64,000 nucleotides of DNA from Gaiellaceae bacterium (GTDB lineage Bacteria > Actinomycetota > Thermoleophilia > Gaiellales > Gaiellaceae): assembly GCA_035650615.1 (NCBI GenBank), contig DASRHI010000052.1:72550-136549 (forward strand), written 5' to 3'. Of the stretch, positions 38,970 to 48,159 are shown one piece after another (position 1 is the stretch's first letter; every line of letters begins with the position of its first letter). The position numbers and the translations under genes are program-made. The notes beneath the pieces were generated by a model. It saw only the letters and a program-made list of their open reading frames with translations. It did no database searches and was not told the DNA's origin.

Positions 38970-39977
38970 GTGTCCGCCTCCGCGATCGTCGCGCTCGTCG
39001 CGGCCGTGCTCGCCGCGCTCGCGGCCGGCGGGACGCTCTGGCTGCTCGAGCGGGCGCGTGCCCGCGCACGGACGCTCGAGGAGGAGATCGACCGCGGCCG
39101 CGCCGCGTTCGACGAGGTCGTCTCGCGCGAGGTCGCGCAGCGGGCGGCCGAGCTCGAGCAGCGGCTCAGGATCGCGCGCGCCGAGTCGATCTCGGCGCTG
39201 TCCGAAGAGGAGCGCCGCATCACCGAGGAGCGGCGCCGCGACGTCGCCGAGCGCGAGCGCGACGCCTCGGCACGCCTCGCCGAGGCGGTGACCGCCGCCG
39301 AGCGCCGGGTCGAGGAGCGGCTCGCCGGCTGGAGCTCCGACGTCGAGCGGCTCCAGGAGGGCCTCGCCGCCGAGCTGGCGCGCATCGGCCAGAAGCTCGC
39401 CCAGCTCGCGTCCGAGATCGACGCGAAGATCGCCGACCAGGCCGAGCGGCTGCAGGCGACGATGGACGACCACCGGGCGCTCGTGACGAAGCTGCGCGAG
39501 GACTTCGAGCGCCAGTCGGGGGAGCTGGCGAAGGCGGCCGCCGGCGAGCTCGAGCAGCACGCGGCCGACCGGCGCCGCGAGCTGCAGGAGGTCGCGGACC
39601 GCCTGCGCCGGCGGGAGCGGGAGCTCCAGGAGCAGATCGAGCACGAGGTGACCGAGGCGATGCAGCGGATCGGGAGCCAGCTCGGGGACGTCGAGCACCG
39701 CCAGCTCGAGCAGCTCCGACGGGTCGTCTCGCGCGAGGCGGGGCGGCACGCGGAGGCGGCGGCGCAGCAACTCGAGGCGTCGTTCCGGACCGCGCGCGAG
39801 GAGGCGGCGCGGCGCCTCGGGCGCGAGCTCGACCTCGCGGTCGAGCGCTTCTCCCGCGAGGCCGAAGGCGTGCTGGCCGAGCGGGTCGAGCACCTCGCCG
39901 CGAGCGCGGTCCAGCGGGTGAACGCGCGCCTCGAGGAGCTGACGCGGCGGCTGGAGGAGCTCGGCGCGCACCGGTGA
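38970..39977 (+). CDS. membrane-anchored long coiled-coil protein
   Basis: N-terminal TM helix (IVALVAAVLAALAAGGTLWLL) followed by about 300 aa rich in E/R/A/L with heptad character. GTG start. Confidence 0.65.
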   Translation: MSASAIVALVAAVLAALAAGGTLWLLERARARARTLEEEIDRGRAAFDEVVSREVAQRAAELEQRLRIARAESISALSEEERRITEERRRDVAERERDASARLAEAVTAAERRVEERLAGWSSDVERLQEGLAAELARIGQKLAQLASEIDAKIADQAERLQATMDDHRALVTKLREDFERQSGELAKAAAGELEQHAADRRRELQEVADRLRRRERELQEQIEHEVTEAMQRIGSQLGDVEHRQLEQLRRVVSREAGRHAEAAAQQLEASFRTAREEAARRLGRELDLAVERFSREAEGVLAERVEHLAASAVQRVNARLEELTRRLEELGAHR

Positions 39978-40081
39978 GCGCGCCGCGGCGGCCCGCCGGC
40001 GCCCCGCCGGAGTAGAGTGCGCCGCTTCGGGGCCAACTTTCCCGGGGAGGGTTCGTCTAGGAGGGGGCGAACAGGCGCGCC

Positions 40082-40276
40082 ATGGCACAGGTAACGGACC
40101 AACCGCACTCCGAGCGCGACAAGGTCGAGTCGTGGCGGCTGCACGTGCTGGTCGAGGCCGGGTATCCGCTGCCGCTCGCCGAGAAGATCGCGCACTCGGA
40201 GGCCGACCTGCACCGCGCGGTCGAGCTCGTCCTCGCGGGCTGCGCGCACGAGACCGCCGCCGAGATCCTGCTCTAG
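40082..40276 (+). CDS. small hypothetical protein (64 aa)
   Basis: MAQVTDQPHSERDKVESWRLHVLVEAGYPLPLAEKIAHSEADLHRAVELVLAGC. It is preceded by GGAGGGGG and lies directly upstream of xseA. Confidence 0.5.
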   Translation: MAQVTDQPHSERDKVESWRLHVLVEAGYPLPLAEKIAHSEADLHRAVELVLAGCAHETAAEILL

Positions 40277-40295
40277 CCGCACTACGCTTTCGGGC

Positions 40296-41429
40296 GTGAA
40301 GGTCGAGGCGACGCTCGTCGACGGGCGCAAGGTCTACTCCGTTCGCGCGTTCAACCGGGGCGTCGCGCGGTACCTCGGGCGCCTGCCGACGGTGTGGGTC
40401 GAGGGGGAGGTGACGGACCTCCGCCGGCAGCAGCGCTGGGCGACCGTCTACCTGACGCTGAAGGACCCGGAGAGCGGCGCCTGCCTGCCGGTGCAGATGC
40501 CGCGCGGCCAGTTCGACGCGCTGCGCCTCGACCTCGCCGACGGCGAGCGCGTGCACGTCTTCGGGCGGCCCGAGCTGTACGAGCAGCGCGGCGACTTCCA
40601 CCTGCGCGCGCTCACGATCGAGCGCTACGGGCTCGGCGCGCACCTCGCCGCGCTCGAGGGGCTGAAGCGGAAGCTCGCGGCCGAGGGGCTGTTCGCGGCC
40701 GAGCGGAAGCGGCCGCTGCCGCGCATCCCGGCGCTGATCGGGCTCGTCACCGGAAACGACGCCGCCGCCAAGCGCGACGTCCTCGCCGCGATCACCGCGC
40801 GCTTCCCGCCCGCCCACGTCCTCGTCGCCGAGACGTACGTGCAGGGCCCGCGCGCCGCGCCCGCGATCGCGACCGCGATTCGCGACGTCTGCGCGCGCGG
40901 GGTCGACGTGCTCGTCCTCGCCCGGGGCGGCGGGAGCTTCGAGGACCTGCTCCCGTTCTCCGACGAGCGGGTCGTGCGCGCGGTCGCGGAGTGCCCGGTG
41001 CCGGTCGTCTCCGCGGTCGGCCACGAGCAGGACACCCCGCTCTGCGACCTCGCCGCCGACGTCCGCGCCTCCACGCCCTCGGTCGCTGGACGGCTCGTCG
41101 TGCCGGACCTCGCGGAGCTGCGGACGGCGCTCGAGCGCGCGCACGCCGGCCTCGGCCGCGGGGCCCGGCGGGCGGTGGAGCGGCACGGGCGGCGCCTCGA
41201 CGCGGCGCGGGAGCGGCTCCGGCGCGCGCCGCTGCTCGCGCTCGAGCGCCGCGGCGCCCGCCTCGCCACCGCGCACGCCCGCCTGCGGGCGCTCTCGCCG
41301 CGGGCGACCCTCGAGCGCGGCTACGCGATCGTCCGCGCCGGCGAGACGCTCGTGCGGGAGCCGCCCGCGCCGGGGACGGCGCTCGCGGTGGAGGTCGCCG
41401 GCGGCCGCTTCGGGGCCCGCGCGGAATGA
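40296..41429 (+). CDS. xseA: exodeoxyribonuclease VII large subunit
   Basis: OB-fold start YSVRAFNRGVARYLGRLPTVWVEGEVTDL, then IGLVTGNDAAAKRDV, ARGGGSFEDL and VVSAVGHEQDTPL; 377 aa. Confidence 0.92.
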   Translation: MKVEATLVDGRKVYSVRAFNRGVARYLGRLPTVWVEGEVTDLRRQQRWATVYLTLKDPESGACLPVQMPRGQFDALRLDLADGERVHVFGRPELYEQRGDFHLRALTIERYGLGAHLAALEGLKRKLAAEGLFAAERKRPLPRIPALIGLVTGNDAAAKRDVLAAITARFPPAHVLVAETYVQGPRAAPAIATAIRDVCARGVDVLVLARGGGSFEDLLPFSDERVVRAVAECPVPVVSAVGHEQDTPLCDLAADVRASTPSVAGRLVVPDLAELRTALERAHAGLGRGARRAVERHGRRLDAARERLRRAPLLALERRGARLATAHARLRALSPRATLERGYAIVRAGETLVREPPAPGTALAVEVAGGRFGARAE

Positions 41430-41475
41430 GCCTCGCGGCGCCGACCCCGGACGGGCGCGCGTTCCGGGGGCGCAC

Positions 41476-41679
41476 GTGAGCGAGCTCAGCTTCGAGGAGG
41501 CGCAGGCGGAGCTCGAGCGGATCGTCGAGCGCCTCGAGCGCGGCGACGTCGGGCTGGAGGAGCTGACGCGCCTCTGGGAGCGCGGCGAGGAGCTCTACCG
41601 CCGCTGCGCCGACCAGCTCGCCGCCGCGCAGGGCAGAATCGAGGAGCTCGCGCGCCGACTCGACGCACAGGAGGGCTGA
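41476..41679 (+). CDS. xseB: exodeoxyribonuclease VII small subunit
   Basis: SFEEAQAELERIVERLERGDVGLEELTRLWERGEELYRRCADQL; 67 aa. Confidence 0.92.
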   Translation: MSELSFEEAQAELERIVERLERGDVGLEELTRLWERGEELYRRCADQLAAAQGRIEELARRLDAQEG

Positions 41680-41681
41680 CG

Positions 41682-42236
41682 ATGACGATGATCGAGATCT
41701 CGACCCCGATCGCCGCCGAGGACCTCGACCTCGCCCCGGTCTTCGGCGAGCTCGACGACCGCACGAAGGAGCGGGTGCTCGACGAGCTGCGCCGCGCCGA
41801 CGCCGCCCTCGCGGCGGTCCGAGACGAGCTCGGGCTCGAGGGCGAGGGGCTCACGCTGGAGCAGTACCCCTCCGGGCAGACCGAGGTCGTCGCCAACCTG
41901 AAGGGAGCCGAGGGCAAGCTCAGCTTCGAGGCCGGCCTGCGGCCGCGCAACTTCTTCTCCGAGACGCCGTGGCAGCCGGGGCACGCGCCGCGCTCGATGA
42001 TGACCGACGCCTGGGACGTCGACGGCTACGTCCGCGTCATGGTCAGGCGCCTCGTGGGGACGCACAAGTACACGATCCAGGAGACCGCCGAGGAGATCGA
42101 GGAGCGGCGCTTCGAGGACGCGGTCGAGGCGGCCGCGGCGCTCGCCTCGGTCTGCGACGAGCTCGCCGCGCTCGCGCGCTCCCGCGAGCCGACCGTGGCG
42201 GCCTGGGAGCCCCCGGAGGAGAGCTCGTCCGGCTGA
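41682..42236 (+). CDS. hypothetical protein tightly linked to xseB (184 aa)
   Basis: The ATG lies 2 nt after the xseB stop. Coding-like composition (MTMIEISTPIAAEDLDLAPVFGELDD...). No recognised family. Confidence 0.55.
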   Translation: MTMIEISTPIAAEDLDLAPVFGELDDRTKERVLDELRRADAALAAVRDELGLEGEGLTLEQYPSGQTEVVANLKGAEGKLSFEAGLRPRNFFSETPWQPGHAPRSMMTDAWDVDGYVRVMVRRLVGTHKYTIQETAEEIEERRFEDAVEAAAALASVCDELAALARSREPTVAAWEPPEESSSG

Positions 42237-42394
42237 GGGCGACCCGACCCCCCTGAGGCGCCTGCCGGTCGGGGAACCGCCTGGTCGGCACCCGTCTCAG
42301 CTCCAGAGCGGATGCCGACGGCCTTCGCCTCGAGACGACGTCTCCGTCTGGATCTGACGCGGTGACCGGGGCGGCGACCTCGACGCCGTTGCGC

Positions 42395-43345
42395 TCAGGA
42401 GCTCGACCGGGCGAGCTCCTCGCCGAGCGCGAGGAGGTCCGCGCGCGCGCGCCCAGGGTCGCCGCTCAGCGGCCGGAGCTGCGCGTGAGCGCCCGCGACC
42501 TGCTCCGACACCCGTCCGCCGAAGAGGACGCAGCGGACGCCGAGCCGCTCGCAGCGGGCGGCGACGGCCCCCGGCGCCTTGCCGGCGAACGTCGTCGCGT
42601 CGACGGTTCCCTCCCCGGTCACGACGAGGTCCGCGCCGCGGGCGTGCTCGTCGAAGCCGACGAGGTCGAGCACGAGCTGCGCGCCCTCCACGAGCTCTCC
42701 GCCGAGCGACGCGAGCGCCGCCCCGAGGCCGCCCCCCGCCCCCGCGCCCGGCAGCTCGGCGTACGGGGCGAGGACGCGGTCGGCGGCGAGCCGCCGCTCG
42801 AGCTCGGCGACCTCGGCCGGCCCCGCGCCCTTCTGGGGCGCGAACACGCGCGCGGCGTCGAGGAGCGGACTGCGCACGTCGCAGGCGACGCGGAGCGGGA
42901 CGCCGCCGGGCCAGCGCGGGAGGACGGCGCGGAGCCCGGCCCCGCCGTCGACCGTCGCCGTCCCGCCGACGCCCACCACGACCGCCGCCGGCCGCTCGGC
43001 GAGCACGGCCAGGAGGAGCTCGCCGAGCCCGGAGCTCGACGCGCGCAGCGGGTCGCGCTCCGCCGGCGAGAGCAGGGGCAGGCCGAGCGCCGCGGCCGAG
43101 TCGACCACCGCCGTCCCGTCCCGCCGGACGACCCACGACGCCGTCACCGGCCGCCCGAGCGGGTCGGAGACGACGGCCTGCCGGGTCTCGCCGCCGATCA
43201 CCTCGGCCGTGCCCTCGCCCCCGTCGGCGACCGGGAGCGCCTCGGCGTCGGCGCCGCCCCGCTCGAGCCCGCGCGCGAGGAGGGCGGCGGCCTCGACCGC
43301 GGAGAGGACGCCCTTGAGGCTAGCCGGAGACGCCAGCGCGCGCAC
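42395..43345 (-). CDS. glycerate kinase (GlxK/GarK family)
   Basis: SPASLKGVLSAVEAA, LPVADGGEGT, VGVGGTATVDGGAG and LVVTGEGTVDATTFAGKAP; 316 aa. Confidence 0.8.
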   Translation of the reverse strand: MRALASPASLKGVLSAVEAAALLARGLERGGADAEALPVADGGEGTAEVIGGETRQAVVSDPLGRPVTASWVVRRDGTAVVDSAAALGLPLLSPAERDPLRASSSGLGELLLAVLAERPAAVVVGVGGTATVDGGAGLRAVLPRWPGGVPLRVACDVRSPLLDAARVFAPQKGAGPAEVAELERRLAADRVLAPYAELPGAGAGGGLGAALASLGGELVEGAQLVLDLVGFDEHARGADLVVTGEGTVDATTFAGKAPGAVAARCERLGVRCVLFGGRVSEQVAGAHAQLRPLSGDPGRARADLLALGEELARSSS

Positions 43346-44348
43346 GCCGCTCCTCGCCCGCGTCGGCGGCCGCCGCCTCCCTGGGCATCTCCCGCAGCGT
43401 CGCGAGCGACAGCCCCTCGCGCGCGAGGAAGACGAGCCCGATCCCGACGCCGACGGACGCCTCGATCGCCTGCAGCCCGAGCCCGAACGCGAAGCCCTTG
43501 CCGTAGGGGACGCCGTACGGCCGCAGCGGCAGCGCGATCGCCGCCTGGAGCAGCCCGACGTTCCCGGGCCAGAGGGGGAAGATCGTCGCGACGTTCATGA
43601 GCACGAGCACGAGCCCGGCCACGCTCAGCGGCTGGTGGATCTCGAACGCGCGCATCGTCGCCCAGACCGCGAGGAGCTGGCAGAGCCAGCCGAGCGACTG
43701 GTAGCCCGCCGCGACGGCGGCGGGCGTCGGCGAGCGCATCACGCCGAGCCCGGCCCTCGTGTGCGCGATCAGGCTCCGGACCGGCCCGAGGTCGTCCAGC
43801 ACCGGCCCGTCGGCGTGGGTGCGCGCGGAGAAGAGCGCGAACACCAGCAGCCCGAGGCTGATCCCGAGCAGGATCCCGAGGCTCGTCTCCGCCCAGCGGG
43901 GGAGCCCGGCTGTGAAGAGGACCCACACGACCAGCACGACCACCGGGAAGAGGTCGAAGAGGCGGTGCGCGACGACGGACCCGATCAGGTTCCCCCACGC
44001 GCGCCGGCGGTGCGGCAGCCGCCGCACGAGCACCGCGACGCGCGCGAGCTCTCCGACGCGGCCGGGAATGACGACGTTCGCGAGCAGACCGACGCAGAAG
44101 GCCGAGAAGACGAGCACGAAGCCGGGCCGCGGCTTCGGCATCGCCTGCTTGATCGTCGTGTGCCAGCAGGCCGCGCGCGCGACGACCGAGAGGAGGTTGA
44201 GGCCGATCGCGACCACGACCCACCACCAGCGGACGAACGCGAACGACTTGCCGACCATGTGCCAGTCCGGCCCCCGCCACCACACCATCAGGACGGTGAA
44301 GACGAGCAGCGGCAGCGGGAGCAGCAGCCGCCAGCGGACGGCCTTCAC
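43320..44348 (-). CDS. UPF0104/lysylphosphatidylglycerol-synthase-TM-like membrane protein (flippase-like)
   Basis: Tail of track ORF 43320..44951: about 8 TM helices, IPGRVGELARV, and PLWPGNVGLLQAA. The GTG start overlaps the glycosyltransferase stop (GTGA). Confidence 0.7.
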   Translation of the reverse strand: MKAVRWRLLLPLPLLVFTVLMVWWRGPDWHMVGKSFAFVRWWWVVVAIGLNLLSVVARAACWHTTIKQAMPKPRPGFVLVFSAFCVGLLANVVIPGRVGELARVAVLVRRLPHRRRAWGNLIGSVVAHRLFDLFPVVVLVVWVLFTAGLPRWAETSLGILLGISLGLLVFALFSARTHADGPVLDDLGPVRSLIAHTRAGLGVMRSPTPAAVAAGYQSLGWLCQLLAVWATMRAFEIHQPLSVAGLVLVLMNVATIFPLWPGNVGLLQAAIALPLRPYGVPYGKGFAFGLGLQAIEASVGVGIGLVFLAREGLSLATLREMPREAAAADAGEERRARAGVSG

Positions 44349-45460
44349 GCCGCCGCCCGGCGGTAGATCTCCTCGAGCCGCTCGGCGATGCCGTCCCACG
44401 AGAAGGAAACGGCGAGCTCGCGCCCGGCGTGACCCATGGCGACACGGCGGTCCTCGTCCTCGAGCAGCGCGCAGACCGCATCTGCGAGCGCGCGCTCGTC
44501 CCCGGGCGGGACGAGCTCGGCCGCCTCGGGCGTGACGACATCGGCGAAGCCCGGTATGTCGGAGGCGACCACGGGGGTCGCGGTCGCGAACGACTCGACG
44601 AGCACCATCCCGAAGCTCTCGCCGCCGAGCGCCGGCGACACGAACGCCTTCGCGGCGGCGAGCTCGGCGTCGCGCTGCTCGTTCGGCACGATCCCGAGCA
44701 CGTCGATCCCGTCCTCGTCGAAGCGCATGCGGGCGTGCAGCAGCCGGTACTGGAGCGGGTCGGTGCCGATCAGCCGCAGCCGCGCGCCGGTGCGGCGGCG
44801 GATCTCGGGCCAGACGCGGAGCAGCACCGGCAGGCCCTTGCGCGCGTCGTGGCGGCCGATGAAGACGATGCGGTGCTCGCGTCCGCGCGGGTCGGCGTGC
44901 GGCGGCAGCACGACGCCGTTCGGGACGATCTCGAACGACCCGCCGAGCCACGCCTCGGCCGACTCGGCCGCGAGCCGCGAGACCGCGATCCGCGTCTCGA
45001 TCCGCTCCATCAGGAAGCCCCAGACCGGCATCCCGACGCGCATCCAGCCGAGCTTCCCGGCCGCGTGCCAGGTCGCGACGACGGGGCAGTCGGCGAACGC
45101 GAGCGTCGCCACGCAGATCGCCGGCGTGAACGGCTCGTGCACGTGGACGACGTCGAACCGCTCCCGGCAGAGCGTGTCGCGCACTCGTCCGATCGACCGC
45201 GGCGAGAGGACGATGTTGGGCAGCGAGCCGTTCGCGGGGACGACGACCGACCGGCCGAGCGGGATCACGTCGGGCGGCAGGTCGCCGTGGCGGCCGGAGC
45301 GCGGATGGAGGAACCGCGTCATCACGCCGGGCGGGTCGTGGCCCATCAGGATCTTCACGTCGTGGCCGCGCGCGCGGAGCGCCGCCGCCTGGTTCTCCGA
45401 GTGCTCGACGACTCCGCCCCAGTACGACCAGGAGAACGGGACGACGATCCCGATCTTCAT
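44345..45460 (-). CDS. GT4-family glycosyltransferase (PimA-like)
   Basis: Tail of track ORF 44345..46075: MKIGIVVPFSWSYWGGVVEH, FIGRHDARKG, and PALGGESFGMVLVESFATATPVV (EX7E). The ATG overlaps the upstream stop (ATGA). Confidence 0.85.
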   Translation of the reverse strand: MKIGIVVPFSWSYWGGVVEHSENQAAALRARGHDVKILMGHDPPGVMTRFLHPRSGRHGDLPPDVIPLGRSVVVPANGSLPNIVLSPRSIGRVRDTLCRERFDVVHVHEPFTPAICVATLAFADCPVVATWHAAGKLGWMRVGMPVWGFLMERIETRIAVSRLAAESAEAWLGGSFEIVPNGVVLPPHADPRGREHRIVFIGRHDARKGLPVLLRVWPEIRRRTGARLRLIGTDPLQYRLLHARMRFDEDGIDVLGIVPNEQRDAELAAAKAFVSPALGGESFGMVLVESFATATPVVASDIPGFADVVTPEAAELVPPGDERALADAVCALLEDEDRRVAMGHAGRELAVSFSWDGIAERLEEIYRRAAA

Positions 45461-46584
45461 GCGTACGCCGCCGCGAGCGCCGGCGCGAGCCGCTCGATGC
45501 CCCGCTCGAGCGTCTCGTCGGCGACCGCGAGCGAGACGCGCGCCCACCCGTGCCCCGACGGTCCGAAGCCTTCGCCCGGCGCCAGGGCGACGCGGCGCTC
45601 GAGCAGGAGCCGCTCGAGGTCCAGCCCGGCGGGGAGGCGGAGCCAGACGTAGAACGTCCCCTCGCAGACCGGCGGCTCCGGCAGGGCCGCCGCGAGGACG
45701 TCTCGGCGGCGCTCGTACGCGGCGCGCCGCTCCTCGACCGAATCCTGCGGGCCGTCGAGCGCGGCGATCGCCGCCTCCTGCAGCGGCGAGAAGATCCCCA
45801 CGCGCGTATGGTCGTTGAGCGCGTTCAGACGGTCGACGATCTCCGCGTTGCCGACGACGAAGCCGATCCGCCAGCCCGCCATCCCGAAGGTTTTCGACAT
45901 CGACCACATCTCGACGCCGACCTCGCGGGCGCCGGGTGTCGCCAGGAAGCTCTCCGGCGCCCGGCCGTCGAAGACGAGGTCGACGTAGGCGGCGTCGTGG
46001 ACGATCGTCGCACCGGTCCGGGCGGCGTACTCGACCGCGGCGTCGAACGCGCCCGGCGGCGCACAGACCGCGCACGGGTTCGACGGGTAGTTGAGGTAGA
46101 GCGCGGCGGCGGCCGGTGCGCGCCCGAGGTCCGGCGCGAAGCCGGCGGCGGGGTCGAGCGGCGCGAAGGCCGGCTCGGCGCCGGCGAGCGCGACGCCCGA
46201 GACGTAGTCGGGGTAGTGCGGGTCGGTGAGGAGGATCCGGTCGCCCCGGGCGGCGAGGGCGAGCGCGAGCTCGACGATCGCGGTCTTCGTCCCCGGGACG
46301 ACGGCGACCTCGCGGTCGGGGTCGAGCACGACGCCGTACCGGTCGCGGTAGCGCTCCGCGATCGCCTCGCGCAGGCGGGCGTGGCCGCGGAAGGGGGCGT
46401 AGCCGTGGACGTCGTCGCGGGCCGCGGCGCGGCGGAGCGCCTCGACGACGTGCGGCGGCGGGCCGACCTCGGGGTTGCCGCGGCCGAGGTCGACGACGTC
46501 AGCGCCGGCCGCCGCCACGCGGCCCACGAGTGCCGCGAAGTACTGCTGCGGCAGGCGCGTGAGGCGGTCGGGGCGGGGCCGCAC
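45457..46584 (-). CDS. pyridoxal-phosphate-dependent aminotransferase, class I/II
   Basis: LGRGNPEVGPP, YLNYPSNP, and SMSKTFGMAGWRIG (the PLP lysine); 375 aa. Confidence 0.88.
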   Translation of the reverse strand: MRPRPDRLTRLPQQYFAALVGRVAAAGADVVDLGRGNPEVGPPPHVVEALRRAAARDDVHGYAPFRGHARLREAIAERYRDRYGVVLDPDREVAVVPGTKTAIVELALALAARGDRILLTDPHYPDYVSGVALAGAEPAFAPLDPAAGFAPDLGRAPAAAALYLNYPSNPCAVCAPPGAFDAAVEYAARTGATIVHDAAYVDLVFDGRAPESFLATPGAREVGVEMWSMSKTFGMAGWRIGFVVGNAEIVDRLNALNDHTRVGIFSPLQEAAIAALDGPQDSVEERRAAYERRRDVLAAALPEPPVCEGTFYVWLRLPAGLDLERLLLERRVALAPGEGFGPSGHGWARVSLAVADETLERGIERLAPALAAAYA

Positions 46585-46606
46585 GCGGCGATCGTAGACT
46601 CACGCC

Positions 46607-47044
46607 GTGACGCGGGTGCGCCGGACGCTCGACGAGCTCCTCGCCGAGGCCGGCCGCTCGGTCACGCGGCTCTCGCCGGCGGAGGCGCTCGAGGCCGCGG
46701 AAGCGGGCGGGCTGATCGTCGACATCCGCGGTGAGCGCTCCCGCGAGCGCGACGGCGTCGTCCCCGGCTCGATCCACGTTCCGCGCACGGTGCTCGAGTG
46801 GCGGCTCGAGCCCGGCGGCGCATGGCGGAACCCTCACGTCGGCGGCCTCGGCCGGCGCATCGTCGTCCTCTGCGACCACGGCTGCTCGTCGCTGCTCGCC
46901 GCGGCGACGCTGGCCGAGCTCGGGTACGAGGAGGTGGCGGACGTCGCCGGCGGCTTCGAGGCCTGGCGCGCGGCGGGGCTGCCGGTCACGCCCGCGCCGC
47001 GCCGCGACGGCGCCGGCCTCCCCGGAATGGACGGGCCCGACTGA
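46607..47044 (+). CDS. rhodanese-like domain protein
   Basis: IVDIRGERSRERDGVVPGSIHVP, active-site loop VLCDHGCSS, and GGFEAWRAAGLPV; 145 aa. Confidence 0.75.
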   Translation: MTRVRRTLDELLAEAGRSVTRLSPAEALEAAEAGGLIVDIRGERSRERDGVVPGSIHVPRTVLEWRLEPGGAWRNPHVGGLGRRIVVLCDHGCSSLLAAATLAELGYEEVADVAGGFEAWRAAGLPVTPAPRRDGAGLPGMDGPD

Positions 47045-48075
47045 GCCTCGCGCACGGTCTCTTCGAGGGCGGGCTCGCCGAGCTGCACACGCACCTCGGC
47101 GGCTCCGTCGCGTCCGACATCATGTGGAGCCTCGCGCACGAGCAGGGGATGGCGCTCCCGACGCGCGACTACTGGGAGTTCGACCGGATGGTCACCGTCT
47201 CGGACCCGCGAGGCGTACCGGACCTCGACGCGCTCGACCGCATCTACCACCTGACGGAGCTGATCCAGTCGTCGCCGCTCGCCGTCGAGCGCTCGGTGCA
47301 CGCCGCGATCGGCGGCGCCTACCGGTCGCAGGGGATCACGACGCTCGAGCTGCGGTTCAACCCGATGAAGCGAAACCGCGGCGGGGAGCGCGACCTCGAC
47401 CACATCATCCTCGCGGCGATCCGCGGGCTCGATCGCGCGTCGCTCGAGTACCCGCAGGTGCGAGCGGGGCTGATCCTGATGATGGACCGCACGTTCACCG
47501 CGCACCAGAACATGGTGATCGTCGAGAAGGCCGCGCGGTACGCGTCGCGCGGGATCGTCGGCATCGACATCGCGGGGCCTCGTCCGGGCGGCGCCCGCTG
47601 GGACTACACGCAGATCCGGCCGCACGTCGACGCCGCCCGCGAAGCGGGGCTCGGCGTGACGATCCACGTCGGCGAGGAGGGGGACGAGCTCGGCCGTGAG
47701 GAGCTTCGCGAGGTCGTGGCGGAGCTCCGCCCCGACCGGATCGGCCACGGCATCCTCGCCGCCGGCGATCCCGACCTGATGGAGCTTCTGCGCGAGGCGG
47801 CGATCACCCTCGAGGTGTGCCCGACCTCGAACCTGCTCACGAAGGCGCTCGCCGGCGAGGCGGACGTGCGGCGGGTCTTCCGCGCCTTCGTCGACCACGG
47901 GGTGCCGTTCACGATCGCGACCGACGGCCCGGAGATGATGCGCACGCACCTTCGTGACGAGTTCGAGTTGCTGCTCCGGATCGAGGCGCTCGACCGCGAC
48001 GAGGCGCGCGCCGCCAACGAGCGCGGCCACGCTGCCGCGTTCGGGGCGCCGGCCACGACCCCCTCCACCGCGTAG
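47041..48075 (+). CDS. adenosine/adenine deaminase family protein (start codon uncertain, probably CTG at 47041)
   Basis: Tail of track ORF 46798..48075: LAELHTHLGGS (HxH metal site), LRFNP, TIHVGEEG, RIGHG, and FTIATDGPEMM. There is no ATG/GTG/TTG between the rhodanese stop and the HxH motif. CTG at 47041 overlaps that stop as CTGA. Confidence 0.8.
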   Translation: MSLAHGLFEGGLAELHTHLGGSVASDIMWSLAHEQGMALPTRDYWEFDRMVTVSDPRGVPDLDALDRIYHLTELIQSSPLAVERSVHAAIGGAYRSQGITTLELRFNPMKRNRGGERDLDHIILAAIRGLDRASLEYPQVRAGLILMMDRTFTAHQNMVIVEKAARYASRGIVGIDIAGPRPGGARWDYTQIRPHVDAAREAGLGVTIHVGEEGDELGREELREVVAELRPDRIGHGILAAGDPDLMELLREAAITLEVCPTSNLLTKALAGEADVRRVFRAFVDHGVPFTIATDGPEMMRTHLRDEFELLLRIEALDRDEARAANERGHAAAFGAPATTPSTA

Positions 48076-48159
48076 CCCGTCGCGCGGCCCCGGTCTGGGA
48101 CGGAAATACGCCGTTCGGCGGATGGTCGCCCGACAGGGCCCGCAGTAGCCTCACCGCCC

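Noticed and set aside
38970-39977. Internal DNA repeats in the coiled-coil gene as a repeat array or variable region.
   Set aside because: The apparent periodicity reflects biased E/R/A/L codon usage of a coiled coil. I saw no exact nucleotide repeats, and no reverse transcriptase or template repeat is nearby.
42237-42394. Possible small RNA or tRNA in the 158-nt convergent spacer after the xseB-linked gene. I also checked the other spacers longer than 100 nt (2662-2798, 7307-7421, 39978-40081, 63384-63542).
   Set aside because: I could not fold any into a cloverleaf or recognise riboswitch cores by eye. Only generic GC hairpins are present. A covariance-model scan (Infernal/Rfam, tRNAscan-SE) would be needed, and nothing is claimed.
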